Below, piece by piece: positions 49,175 through 58,520 of a DNA stretch of 64,000 nucleotides (the stretch's first letter is position 1; the number at the start of each line of letters is the position of its first letter). Under the pieces are notes generated by a model, which saw only the letters and a program-made list of their open reading frames with translations, made no database searches and was not told the origin of the DNA. The position numbers were made by a program, and so were the translations under genes. Source of the stretch: a virus (taxonomy: Duplodnaviria; Caudoviricetes); the IMG/VR virus record IMGVR_UViG_3300025154_001556. One strand, written 5' to 3'.

Positions 49175-50251
49175 TTATTTAAATATAATATCTAAATCAT
49201 AATTACAGGCTTTTATAACCGCCAAACAAGCCTCTACGACTTTATCGTCGTATAGTTTACCAGAACCTTTTACTATTTCTTCAATGGCCACAGTAACACC
49301 CAAAGAGGCCCTATATGGTCTATGTGAAGCCATAGCCTCTACTACATCAGCTACACTGATTATTTTAGCTTCTATGGATATTTGGTCACCCCTTAAACCA
49401 TTAGGATAACCAGAACCATCTAGCCTTTCGTGATGTTGTAATACCATACGGGCTATTGGTGCTTCAAAAGGAATATCACTAATTATATTGTATCCTTCTA
49501 TGACATGTTTTTTTAATAATTTAAATTCTGTTTCACTTAATCTAGTTGGTTTAACTAATAACTCTTGCGGAACATAGAATTTACCTATATCATGGAGCAT
49601 ACCTGCCAGTTTTATATGTTCGATTTGGGATTCATCTAGGCCATAATACTCGGATATTTTTATTGCTAACGCCGTTACGCGTTTTTGGTGCCCAGCTGTG
49701 TATGGGTCACGTATCTCCATAGTTTTTGATAAAGCTTCAACAGTTTTGTATAAAACACTACTTAAATCTTTGTTAGCTACTGCTAGTTTTTCATTTGTTG
49801 CTGCTAGATTATCTGTTCTTTCTTTAACCAATTTTTCTAGTTGTTGTTGATACATCTGGTTATCTCTTACCAAGTCATGTTTTTCTAGGCATTGAGTTAC
49901 AGAATGTTTTAAAATTTCTAGTGTTATTGGTTTGGTTATAAAATCACAAGCACCTTTTCTTAAAGCATCTACCACAAACTCATTACAAGTGTTACCTGTT
50001 ATTATAATAATTTGTGATGGTGGATATAGTGCTTTTATTTTATCCATTAAATCTAAACCCATAGCATCAGGAAGACTTATGTCTAATAATACTATTGGTG
50101 GTGAGTATTTTTTAAAGGCGGCTATACCTTCAACTCCCTTAGTAGCATTAATTATATTGTCGAACCCAATTACAGATAACATTGTACTTATAACAGCCAA
50201 TATAGATTGATCATCATCTATTACAAGTATAGGTTCTTTTATTCTAGTCAT
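49175..50251 (-). CDS. Response regulator with HD-GYP cyclic-di-GMP phosphodiesterase domain (RpfG-like)
   Basis: REC: ILVIDDD, LLDISLP, ITG, FITKP. HD-GYP: RDPYTAGHQKRV, LHDIGK, QHHERLDGSGYP, VADVVEAM..HRPYR. Confidence 0.93.
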   Translation of the reverse strand: MTRIKEPILVIDDDQSILAVISTMLSVIGFDNIINATKGVEGIAAFKKYSPPIVLLDISLPDAMGLDLMDKIKALYPPSQIIIITGNTCNEFVVDALRKGACDFITKPITLEILKHSVTQCLEKHDLVRDNQMYQQQLEKLVKERTDNLAATNEKLAVANKDLSSVLYKTVEALSKTMEIRDPYTAGHQKRVTALAIKISEYYGLDESQIEHIKLAGMLHDIGKFYVPQELLVKPTRLSETEFKLLKKHVIEGYNIISDIPFEAPIARMVLQHHERLDGSGYPNGLRGDQISIEAKIISVADVVEAMASHRPYRASLGVTVAIEEIVKGSGKLYDDKVVEACLAVIKACNYDLDIIFK

Positions 50252-50358
50252 TTAAATTCTCCAAAAACAGTAAAATATTTATTTACAAAGTAGTTATTAC
50301 AAATAATAACACATTTATTTTCTCCATATTTAAATTAAAGTTAATTCTTATATTTTAT

Positions 50359-51753
50359 TTATAGTAAAATATTAACTTTAATATTATTTGTACCTGTTGA
50401 TAATTTAGTTACATTTGTTTGTGTGTCACTATAAGAAATCACTGAATATTCAGAAGGTGTTTTAACCACGTACGAACCAGTTTCTGTATAATTAATAGTT
50501 ACTTGATCTATACTTGGTGTCACTAGACTATCAGCAGACGTTAAAAGAAAAGCAAAATCAACAGTTTCTTCATCTGTAATATTATAGTTAGTAAACCCTG
50601 TTTCTATATCAGAAACGGTGCTCCATCCAGTTTTAGTGTCTATACCAGAATGAGTTGTAAATGAACCACTTATACAAGTTTCCCAAGTTGTTCTACCGTC
50701 AAAAGAAACCAGTGCTCCAACATCTGTATTGGTCGGTTCAGTAGTAGTGATAGTCATTGAATTTATACTTGAAATATAAGCCAGACTAATGTTATTTTGA
50801 TCAGATGTTGTGACATACCACGGTGAAGTAGTATGAATAGATACCTCATTAGCTACCTCAACTACTCCTGAAGGCGCGTACTGACAGGAAGAGTGTAAGT
50901 ATCTAGATGTTAACGAATTACCCATCCAGTATAGTTCGTCAAAAATTCTCCATGTTTGCCCGGCAGTAGCCGTGTAATAAGGATTAGTAGGTGACGTGGC
51001 AGGTGACTTATCTCCTAACCACACTCCTTTTTTATGTGACCAAATGTAGCCTGTACTGGGCTGAAAAGCTATTCCTATAACATCTCCTTGAACCTGCGGA
51101 GTAGATATACTCTCATATATATTAATACCGGCCACTTGAAAAGCATAGTAATAATAAAAAGCCCAACCAAAACTAGAAGCACTGCCTGAAATAGCCCAAT
51201 CTACATTCGATCCTTCTATATATGCCCCACAATGGAATTGACTGCCTGCAGTAAGGACTTTTTCCCAATAAAATATATCACTACCACTTAACACACATGT
51301 AGCCGCCACCCCGTGCCAACCATTTATATTATTTTTAGCAGCTATAAGGGATGTTTCGTCTAGGGTTACGTTGTCGTTTTTTCTAGTATTATCATAAGTA
51401 GCAGTAAGTAGCTCTGTATCATAGTGCAATTGTACTTTACCATCAATAAAGTCAGTACCACTTACAGTACTTTCTTGTATAAACTGTGCTTCATCAGCAA
51501 GATCGAAGTCTAAGGATGTATCCACCAGTTCCCCTCCGGCAACAAATTCAGATACCTGTACTAACCTTTTGCCATCCGCATCTGCAAGATGTGTTGCTGT
51601 AACCACCTGGTTTTGAACAACCCCTGTAAAAGCTGTTTGATTTATTGCAGAGGCACTTCCATCACCAACAAAACTGTCGGCACCGAAAGTAGCGACAGCA
51701 ACTGCGTTTATATCAGCCACTTCATTATTTAATAGTTGTGAGTAAGTAGTCAT
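50359..51753 (-). CDS. Accessory virion/adhesin-like protein with SPRY-like insert (paralog A)
   Basis: Shared N- and C-modules with the next two genes; YWE, GDVIGIAF and IWSHKKGVWLG resemble SPRY/B30.2. Confidence 0.6.
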   Translation of the reverse strand: MTTYSQLLNNEVADINAVAVATFGADSFVGDGSASAINQTAFTGVVQNQVVTATHLADADGKRLVQVSEFVAGGELVDTSLDFDLADEAQFIQESTVSGTDFIDGKVQLHYDTELLTATYDNTRKNDNVTLDETSLIAAKNNINGWHGVAATCVLSGSDIFYWEKVLTAGSQFHCGAYIEGSNVDWAISGSASSFGWAFYYYYAFQVAGINIYESISTPQVQGDVIGIAFQPSTGYIWSHKKGVWLGDKSPATSPTNPYYTATAGQTWRIFDELYWMGNSLTSRYLHSSCQYAPSGVVEVANEVSIHTTSPWYVTTSDQNNISLAYISSINSMTITTTEPTNTDVGALVSFDGRTTWETCISGSFTTHSGIDTKTGWSTVSDIETGFTNYNITDEETVDFAFLLTSADSLVTPSIDQVTINYTETGSYVVKTPSEYSVISYSDTQTNVTKLSTGTNNIKVNILL

Positions 51754-51764
51754 AAATTATCCCT

Positions 51765-52106
51765 CTAAGATAGGAGTATATTAACTTTAATATTTGAGGT
51801 ACCGCTGGATAGTTTAGTTATTCCAGTTGTAGTTGGTGATAAAATAGACACTTTATAATTAGAGCTATCTTGTAGTTTATAAAGTGATATATCAACTTGT
51901 AACTCATACACCTGTACTATACGGTTACCATCAACATCACTGGCATGTGTGATAACAGATATTACATTTTGACTTGCATTAGTTATAGTGGTTTGAATAG
52001 TGTTTGATACAGTACTTGAACTGGTAAAACTTTGGGCCCCATTAAGTGTTGCTGTATCATTAGCTTCTTTTATTATTGTGTTAGCTATTTGTGAGTAGTT
52101 AGGCAT
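51765..52106 (-). CDS. Minimal paralog B (N- and C-modules only)
   Basis: 113 aa made only of the shared N-module and the TKLSSGT.NIKVNILL C-module. Confidence 0.65.
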   Translation of the reverse strand: MPNYSQIANTIIKEANDTATLNGAQSFTSSSTVSNTIQTTITNASQNVISVITHASDVDGNRIVQVYELQVDISLYKLQDSSNYKVSILSPTTTGITKLSSGTSNIKVNILLS

Positions 52107-52118
52107 TGTATAATCCTC

Positions 52119-53951
52119 TTATGGTAGTAGAACATTTACTTTTATGTTACTTGTACCCACACTATTTTTTGTTATTTCCGTGGTAGTACTAGTTGCATTT
52201 ACTATGTTATAGTCTGTATCATATTTAAATTCGTAATTACCGTTCTCATCATAATTTACAGTAACTTGATCCAAGGATGGTGTAGTATTTGAATCCGTAG
52301 TTGATAACTGAAATGCAAAGTCTAAGTACAGTTCATCGGATACAGGGTAGTTTTGTAAACCCCTTTGCATAGCTGTTAATGTACAGTCATTATCAAAGGT
52401 AATACCGCTGACTGTGGTATAAGTATTTTCGTAGTCCGATTCATATAGTTCCAGTTCACTTATTGCATGATTCCAAGCAGCATTAGTTGTGACATATAAT
52501 CTGTATGTAGTGTAAGCAGTACTATTACTAAAACTGTACGATTTTCTTTCGTATGCCTGCCAGGCAGATAAACCGGATACTGTGTGTAGATCTGTCCAAG
52601 AGCTGCCAGTCCATCCTTGTAAAATCCAGCCAAGTGGGCCATAGGCTTCCCAACCAGCCCCTCCTGCTTGAACTATATAATGTCTTACAGTTTTACTTGT
52701 AGTTAGCGCATAACTAAGCCATTCACCTGCTGTGGTTGCATTAGACACCCACTGAGATGTTGTTGAGTCATCAAATGCTTTATCCGCATTATAGTCTGGA
52801 TTACTACCGTTGTAAGAGCTTGCTGTGGCTGTTCCACCCGTACATAATTTTATATGCGCCGCTTTTTGCCAACTAAGACGATTATCAAAAGAAAAGAGGT
52901 ATTTTATATCAGTATTGGTGGGAACCGTGGAAGTTACATCCACATAGTTAATAGTAGATAAACTACTCAATGCTAAGTGATTTTGATCAGAGGTAGTAAC
53001 ATATTTAGGTGTGGTTATATAACCATCGTCTCCGAATCTATCATTGAATCCTACGGGAGGGGTATATAGGAACTCAGAGTCTTTAAATTTTACTGTAATT
53101 TGATTTCCTATTACACGTTGTTGTACTATGGCCCTAAGATCAGAATTCATTATAATATCGGCACCATTAATACTCGGATTTGTACCAGCGGCTGGGTCGC
53201 CACCTAAATACCATGTACCATTAACACCCACCCACATTCTATTTGTAACACAGTTAAAAGCTATCATAACTGTATCACCATCCTCAGGGATGGGCTGATC
53301 GTTTACTACCATGGTGGTTCCTTTATAAACTCTTGACCAGTTATGACAAACTACGCCAGTAACCGGTATGTTAGCGGTAGTATTATATCCACCGTTAACA
53401 CTGCATATACCAAAGGCTGCGTATGTTCGTTGATGGTAAACGGCCTCCATATAAACTTTTATACCAGTAGTCCCATCTAATGTTACTTTACTTAATGCGT
53501 GGATAGTAACACCGTCTGTTGTTAATTCCAAAGTATTATTACTGTTAATTAAATGGCCATAAGCAGGATTATAAACCGTAGTAGCATCCAAACCAGTCTC
53601 TATTGGAGGTTCTCCTGGAGCATATAAAGTAACTGCACCATCGGCAAACACTGTACCGCTAACAGCAGTCTCTTGAACAAATTTACCCTCGTCGGCCAAA
53701 TCAAAATCCAAAGTTGTGTTAGATACATTAGGCTGGTCTGCTTGAAGTTCATATAATTGGGTTATACGTTTACCTAATGAATCAGTGGTGTGGGTAACAA
53801 CAACAGTGCCACTTTGAGTAACATTATTGAACGCCTGTTGCACCATACTAACAGTACTATAATCAGAGGTAAAACTGTCAGCTCCCAGCACAACAGCTTT
53901 ATCATTAGCCACTGTTATGGTGTTATTAATTATATCAGAATAATTAGTCAT
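52119..53951 (-). CDS. Accessory virion/adhesin-like protein with SPRY-like and discoidin (F5/8C)-like inserts (paralog C)
   Basis: KVYME, GDTVMIAF, MWVGVNGTW (SPRY-like); TASS..ADKAFDD....W......WL.Y...WILQGW...WTDL...Y.YRLYVT (discoidin-like). Confidence 0.65.
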   Translation of the reverse strand: MTNYSDIINNTITVANDKAVVLGADSFTSDYSTVSMVQQAFNNVTQSGTVVVTHTTDSLGKRITQLYELQADQPNVSNTTLDFDLADEGKFVQETAVSGTVFADGAVTLYAPGEPPIETGLDATTVYNPAYGHLINSNNTLELTTDGVTIHALSKVTLDGTTGIKVYMEAVYHQRTYAAFGICSVNGGYNTTANIPVTGVVCHNWSRVYKGTTMVVNDQPIPEDGDTVMIAFNCVTNRMWVGVNGTWYLGGDPAAGTNPSINGADIIMNSDLRAIVQQRVIGNQITVKFKDSEFLYTPPVGFNDRFGDDGYITTPKYVTTSDQNHLALSSLSTINYVDVTSTVPTNTDIKYLFSFDNRLSWQKAAHIKLCTGGTATASSYNGSNPDYNADKAFDDSTTSQWVSNATTAGEWLSYALTTSKTVRHYIVQAGGAGWEAYGPLGWILQGWTGSSWTDLHTVSGLSAWQAYERKSYSFSNSTAYTTYRLYVTTNAAWNHAISELELYESDYENTYTTVSGITFDNDCTLTAMQRGLQNYPVSDELYLDFAFQLSTTDSNTTPSLDQVTVNYDENGNYEFKYDTDYNIVNATSTTTEITKNSVGTSNIKVNVLLP

Positions 53952-54055
53952 TACTATTGACCCCCAGTTCGTTTTTATTTTAGTTTAAAATGTCTAATCT
54001 TTATATATTTGATTTTTTAACCCGCGCTCAATTAACCCTTTATACGACCACCATG

Positions 54056-54310
54056 CTATAAAAGCAAGTCATTAATAAACTTGAACCACTGCTCCTCTAC
54101 GGACACTAGTATTATACCAGGCACAGGGCCAAACTTTTCAGCTAACAATTCTCTTTCTTTATCGGTGGTATGCAACAGGTTGTTTATGTGGTAGTATAAG
54201 TCCATCAAATCAGGTGTATCCATACCTTTAATAATTGTAGCTAAACAGTTGTTACATATAGTCTTGCTATCAGTGTTATTAGTCCTACAATGTCTATCTA
54301 TACACTCCAT
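54056..54310 (-). CDS. Small Cys-motif hypothetical protein
   Basis: 84 aa; AAGGA RBS. Confidence 0.5.
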   Translation of the reverse strand: MECIDRHCRTNNTDSKTICNNCLATIIKGMDTPDLMDLYYHINNLLHTTDKERELLAEKFGPVPGIILVSVEEQWFKFINDLLL

Positions 54311-54411
54311 ATCATTTCCTTAAGTTTCTATATTATACATAGGACAGTTTATTAAAAACAAGGCACTTTATCATAATATATTAATACCCAGTATTACCAT
54401 ATAATAGTATA

Positions 54412-54654
54412 CTACACTATCAATAAATTACTACTATACCTATTCATATGCATTCTTTTAAAAGATGCTTCATACGAAGCCACAGAATGATCAGGTAGCA
54501 CCTTTAATAGTTGTTTTAGTGCTAGCGCGGCATACTTATCAGCTACTACAAGTTGTTCTAACGTAACACAACTATTGTATACCTTTTTTACCTTCTTTAT
54601 TAATTCTAAACTTTTTTTGTAATCCGACCTTTGTTTCTTTTTAAAAATACACAT
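54412..54654 (-). CDS. Hypothetical protein
   Basis: 80 aa; GGAGGG RBS. Confidence 0.5.
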   Translation of the reverse strand: MCIFKKKQRSDYKKSLELIKKVKKVYNSCVTLEQLVVADKYAALALKQLLKVLPDHSVASYEASFKRMHMNRYSSNLLIV

Positions 54655-54934
54655 AGGTTCCCCTCCGCCGCGTACTGTCGGTTATTATAATTTAGTATAG
54701 TATTATATAGTATCTATTTTTCTTTAAAGTAGTTAGTTGCTAAATAGCCTCCTTGTACTTATATCGTGGTCAATGTCTTTTAATATTCTGAAATTATTTT
54801 CTATAATAAAATAGTACTACTTTATACCTTGTTATTATCCTTTATCATAACTTACATATGTAACTACTGTCTTTGTTTCTTTCCCCCCCCTGATTTTTTT
54901 TCTCTTCACTCACTTGAAGGTTAGTTTATAGTAG

Positions 54935-55279
54935 TATAGTATACTATATATCCATGATTCTACCGTATTTAAGTAGACCAGTTCGATCGATATACCAGTA
55001 GACACCCCTATATTTCCACATTTACTTATTTAGTTATACTAAGTTATAGTGTCCTAATAGTATAACTTTATAGGGTAGGGTTGGTTTACTACTCTACGGT
55101 AGTGATACTCTACTCTACGTTACGGTGGGACTATTCTACTACTATCTATTGGGGTACTTGGGTAGTTGGGTACTACTCTATATCTTGGGGTACTACTCTA
55201 TATAATACTATACTATCATGGTCATGTATTTATAGCCCGCCGAACAATTTTCAGATATACCCCCCTACTATCATGGTCA
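54935..55279. repeat. Cluster of short direct and inverted repeats in the strand-switch junction
   Basis: Palindrome TATAGTATACTATA 54935-54948; inverted AAGTTATA/TATAACTT at 55041/55061; GGGTACTACTCTATAT at 55168 and 55188; TACTACTCTA also at 55087; TACTATCATGGTCA at 55211 and 55266. Confidence 0.75.
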
Positions 55280-55478
55280 ATGGTTAAAATTACTGCAAGT
55301 TTATAGCCATAGGGTCCCATATAATAAGTCATGTAGAAAGGTATATATTAATAACTTATAGGGCCCCTTATGCGCATTTTGGATTTTTATCCTGAGTTAT
55401 GATGGTATTATTTTTACCTGTATTGAGAAGGATTGTCTTTCTCTTTGTTAACCTTTTATCCTGTAAGGAGGATACCCA

Positions 55479-55577
55479 ATGAAAGCATTACTTAGTGACT
55501 CCACATTTGAAGACATGGCCGCAATTCTTGAAGTTATTTGCCTGGCTGATGAGACTGAAATAGAGATTCTGAACTAA
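55479..55577 (+). CDS. Small acidic peptide (32 aa)
   Basis: MKALLSDSTFEDMAAILEVICLADETEIEILN with AAGGAGG RBS. Confidence 0.6.
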   Translation: MKALLSDSTFEDMAAILEVICLADETEIEILN

Positions 55578-55602
55578 TAACCTTTTATCCGAGGAGGATA
55601 CC

Positions 55603-55839
55603 ATGAACATTCAACACATCTGTAAGTCCCAAGCTACTTGTAAAGCACAGCCTGATGCCAATTGTGCTGGTTGTTTCTATTATGACGCAGTAAAAGAGAT
55701 TACCGTATGCGTATGCTGTAATCTGGCTGCTGCTCCTGGCAGTGAGTACTGTGACTTCTGTAATCCAAGCTATCAAGCACGTTTTAAGAAAGCAGTTATC
55801 CGTGAGTCCGCTGGCCTTCATAGTGAGTATGACATTTAG
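55603..55839 (+). CDS. Cys-rich small protein
   Basis: 78 aa, multiple CxxC; GAGGAGG RBS. Confidence 0.65.
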   Translation: MNIQHICKSQATCKAQPDANCAGCFYYDAVKEITVCVCCNLAAAPGSEYCDFCNPSYQARFKKAVIRESAGLHSEYDI

Positions 55840-55879
55840 TCATCTCAATACCCTTTTATCCTGTAAGGAGGATATCGCT

Positions 55880-56083
55880 ATGTTTATTTGTGAGATATGT
55901 AACTGTGCTTTTGAGAGGGAGTATTCTCCAATATGTGGTAAACAACTGTGCTATGATGCCTTCATGCATATGGTCTACGATGGTGATGACAACTGGGGCC
56001 CTGAGAATGGGAATTGTTGCCCTTGTAATAGTCCTAACTGTGATGGCACTTGTGAGAAAAACACCAAGAAAAAGGAGGTATAG
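55880..56083 (+). CDS. Cys-rich small protein (67 aa)
   Basis: True start MFICEIC after the repeated leader. Confidence 0.65.
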   Translation: MFICEICNCAFEREYSPICGKQLCYDAFMHMVYDGDDNWGPENGNCCPCNSPNCDGTCEKNTKKKEV

Positions 56084-56084
56084 T

Positions 56085-56294
56085 ATGAATTGTATTAAAA
56101 ACTGTGTTAGCTGTGTTGAGGCTGGATGTGCCTCCCATCCGTTGAGGACGCTGTTGAAGGTATGCCATAAATGTGGTAAAAAGGAGGTGCTGACAATAAC
56201 AGAGCATGGGGCCATAGCCTCGTGCCCTAACGACAAGCACCCTGCCCGTATACTGCGTGCTGCTGGCAACGTATGGGCAGCTATGGGTTGCTAA
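56085..56294 (+). CDS. Cys-rich small protein (69 aa)
   Basis: Start MNCIKNC after AAGGAGG; CHKC motif. Confidence 0.6.
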   Translation: MNCIKNCVSCVEAGCASHPLRTLLKVCHKCGKKEVLTITEHGAIASCPNDKHPARILRAAGNVWAAMGC

Positions 56295-56343
56295 CTATCA
56301 ATGGGCCAGGTTAGTACGACTGGCCCAAACTAAGGGGTATACT

Positions 56344-56724
56344 ATGAAGATAAATAATGCGTTAAAAAGACTCATTGAAGAGGCCTTATCAGAGGCTAAG
56401 GAAGCCTCTACTGATTATGTGATGGTAAGAAGCCTTTTTCGTCATGCGCTGCGGAGGAAGACCCGCCTCTCTATGGCACAGGCTACATGGATATGGCACA
56501 ACCACGTCCCACATATCAACTTGCTGTGCCGTGTTGATATGGGCTATCAAGAGGATATAACCGGCTTCGATTCCTTGAAAGAAAAACATGCCTTCTTGAT
56601 AGCACAGGGCATATGTCCTAATTGTGGGGGCAAGATTATCAGCTGTAATCCGACGTTCTGTGAAAATTCGGCCAAGGCACCGGATGCTGATGATGAAGGC
56701 CCCTTCTGTAACTTTGAACAATAA
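56344..56724 (+). CDS. Hypothetical protein with C-terminal CPNC motif
   Basis: Start MKINN after AAGGGG. Confidence 0.6.
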   Translation: MKINNALKRLIEEALSEAKEASTDYVMVRSLFRHALRRKTRLSMAQATWIWHNHVPHINLLCRVDMGYQEDITGFDSLKEKHAFLIAQGICPNCGGKIISCNPTFCENSAKAPDADDEGPFCNFEQ

Positions 56725-56735
56725 GGAGATTTACC

Positions 56736-56954
56736 ATGACTGCTAATACTGTCACTACTACCAATGAACATCCGCCGTTTGTAACCACGTATGAATGTAT
56801 CATAGGATGGAAAGCTGTTTTGATTGCGTGGGATGTTGAGTTTGGGTACATTCCGGATAATACCGCCTGCTACGCTCATCCAACTGAGGACGTTGCTATC
56901 GAGGATGCTAAGCAGTGGGCGGAAGCCGAAGGAATTGAGTATCGTCCGCGCTAA
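56736..56954 (+). CDS. Hypothetical protein
   Basis: 72 aa; AAGGAG RBS. C-terminus AIEDAKQWAEAEGIEY resembles AEDIAEAWAKEEGLVY of the 58521 protein. Confidence 0.6.
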   Translation: MTANTVTTTNEHPPFVTTYECIIGWKAVLIAWDVEFGYIPDNTACYAHPTEDVAIEDAKQWAEAEGIEYRPR

Positions 56955-56994
56955 ATAGTTTATTTGTCTCTAACCTTTTTTCAGGAGAATTACC

Positions 56995-57753
56995 ATGAAA
57001 TCTATTAAATCAATCGTTGTAGCAGCAGTTATCATTCTTTCCCTCGTAGCTTGTAAACAAGAACCTGTTGAAGTAACTTCTGCCCCTGTGGTAGTTGGGA
57101 ACACATACACTACTGACGTTCTTCGTTATGAAGGAGAGATGAGGGATAACGTCCCCAATGGTAAAGGAGTTCTCACTTTCAGTTGGGGTGACAATTACGC
57201 TGGTGATGTGGTCAATGTTGTGCCCAATGGTGAAGGCGTTATGCGCTATGTGGATGGCTCCATCTACCGCGGGCAGTGGAAAGACGGTCTTCGTCACGGA
57301 CAAGGGCGTATGGAGACACCTGATGGTAACTGGTATGAGGGTTCCTGGGTAGCAGGTAGCAGACAAGGTCAAGGAACCATTAACCTGGATGGTGTTAAAC
57401 AGACCGGCCTCTTTGAGAATGACCAACCCAAAAAGGTGGTTGTTTTAGACACCAATGTTTGTGTGGAAGGTAATTGTCGTTCAGGTTATGGGGTTAAAAA
57501 CACCCCTGACGGCGTATACTATGGGGAGTTCGAAGATGGTGAGTTCTATGGACAAGGCACCTTTAAGTATAACAATGGTGACGTATTCAAAGGGAGCTTC
57601 ATCAAAGGTACTATGTTCGGCGCCGGGACACTCACCAGCACAAACAATCATTCTGTAACCATGGGTATTTGGGAGAAGGGTAAGTGGGTAGAAGGCAATC
57701 GTCGCTATGACGATGGTACTCCGGAATACATCCTTCTGAGACATATACTGTAA
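56995..57753 (+). CDS. MORN-repeat lipoprotein
   Basis: Lipobox LSLVAC; repeated Y.G.W.DG.RHGQG and Y.GEF.DG.F.GQG MORN units; C.EGNC..GYG. Confidence 0.88.
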   Translation: MKSIKSIVVAAVIILSLVACKQEPVEVTSAPVVVGNTYTTDVLRYEGEMRDNVPNGKGVLTFSWGDNYAGDVVNVVPNGEGVMRYVDGSIYRGQWKDGLRHGQGRMETPDGNWYEGSWVAGSRQGQGTINLDGVKQTGLFENDQPKKVVVLDTNVCVEGNCRSGYGVKNTPDGVYYGEFEDGEFYGQGTFKYNNGDVFKGSFIKGTMFGAGTLTSTNNHSVTMGIWEKGKWVEGNRRYDDGTPEYILLRHIL

Positions 57754-57764
57754 TTGCCTCTTTT

Positions 57765-57794
57765 CTCTGCCTATCCACTGTTAGGTAGGCAGAG
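57765..57794 (+). terminator. Hairpin after the MORN gene
   Basis: CTCTGCCTA-N12-TAGGCAGAG; no clear U-tract. Confidence 0.45.
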
Positions 57795-57823
57795 GTTAGG
57801 AGACAAGTACTTATCACCATATC

Positions 57824-58033
57824 ATGAAAAGGAGAAATATCATGACCGCACAGTTACGTTGGTTCGAACAGATTAAACAGGCAGTGGTAGTCACACAAGA
57901 TAAGGTATGTAGGTATCACGTGTGTACTATGGAGGAATTGGACGTGGCCATTAAGGTATTAGAAAGTATGTTGAACACCAAGGCTGTTATGGCTAAGTCT
58001 AAAAATCCTGATGTATTCATCTTTAACTTTTAG
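57824..58033 (+). CDS. Hypothetical protein
   Basis: About 63-69 aa; AAGGAG upstream of the ATG at 57842. Confidence 0.5.
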   Translation: MKRRNIMTAQLRWFEQIKQAVVVTQDKVCRYHVCTMEELDVAIKVLESMLNTKAVMAKSKNPDVFIFNF

Positions 58034-58048
58034 TACAACGGAGGATAT

Positions 58049-58336
58049 ATGGGACGTAAAACACTGATACATTGGACCATGCGTATATGTAAGGGGGTAA
58101 CTACCCCTACTTTATATGAGAAACAAGAGGTGTACGAGGTACCTTACTCGGGCACATATGACGCCAGACATATGAGAAACATGTTGAGAAATCGCCTAAT
58201 TTCCAACAAAGAGGAAGTGTATAAATTGGCAGAGTACGTCAAGGAAGTGCTGGTAGAGGAATGGGATAGGTCACTAACAATACGGGTGTGTGTTATTAAA
58301 CACCTCAACGATATTATAGGAGATAAGCATGTCTAA
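58049..58336 (+). CDS. Hypothetical protein
   Basis: 95 aa; GGAGG RBS. Confidence 0.55.
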   Translation: MGRKTLIHWTMRICKGVTTPTLYEKQEVYEVPYSGTYDARHMRNMLRNRLISNKEEVYKLAEYVKEVLVEEWDRSLTIRVCVIKHLNDIIGDKHV

Positions 58337-58499
58337 ACAACAAGGTGATACGTTGTTGATTTACCAAGACCTGTCTGATGGTAGATGGATAAGGGCTTAT
58401 TGCTGTTCCCCTGTATGTAGCTGCCCCCTCTACAAAAAGACTAAATGCGACAGCAAACAATGCCGTTTCTTCAAAGAGGAAGTTATCTACAAAAAATAA
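58329..58499 (+). CDS. Cys-rich small protein (56 aa)
   Basis: MSKQQG...CCSPVCSCP...C...C; AGGAG RBS; not in the track. Confidence 0.5.
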   Translation: MSKQQGDTLLIYQDLSDGRWIRAYCCSPVCSCPLYKKTKCDSKQCRFFKEEVIYKK

Positions 58500-58520
58500 G
58501 CAACCTGGGAGGGTAGACTT

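Larger units (their letters stand above)
55449..55874 (+). repeat. Three copies of a translation-initiation leader
   Basis: TAACCTTTTATCCTGTAAGGAGGATA (55449), TAACCTTTTATCCGAGGAGGATA (55578), TACCCTTTTATCCTGTAAGGAGGATA (55849), each directly before an ATG. Confidence 0.85.

Noticed and set aside
55087-55279. CRISPR array
   Set aside because: Repeats are 10-16 bp with only 2-3 copies and no unique spacers of regular length; no cas genes.
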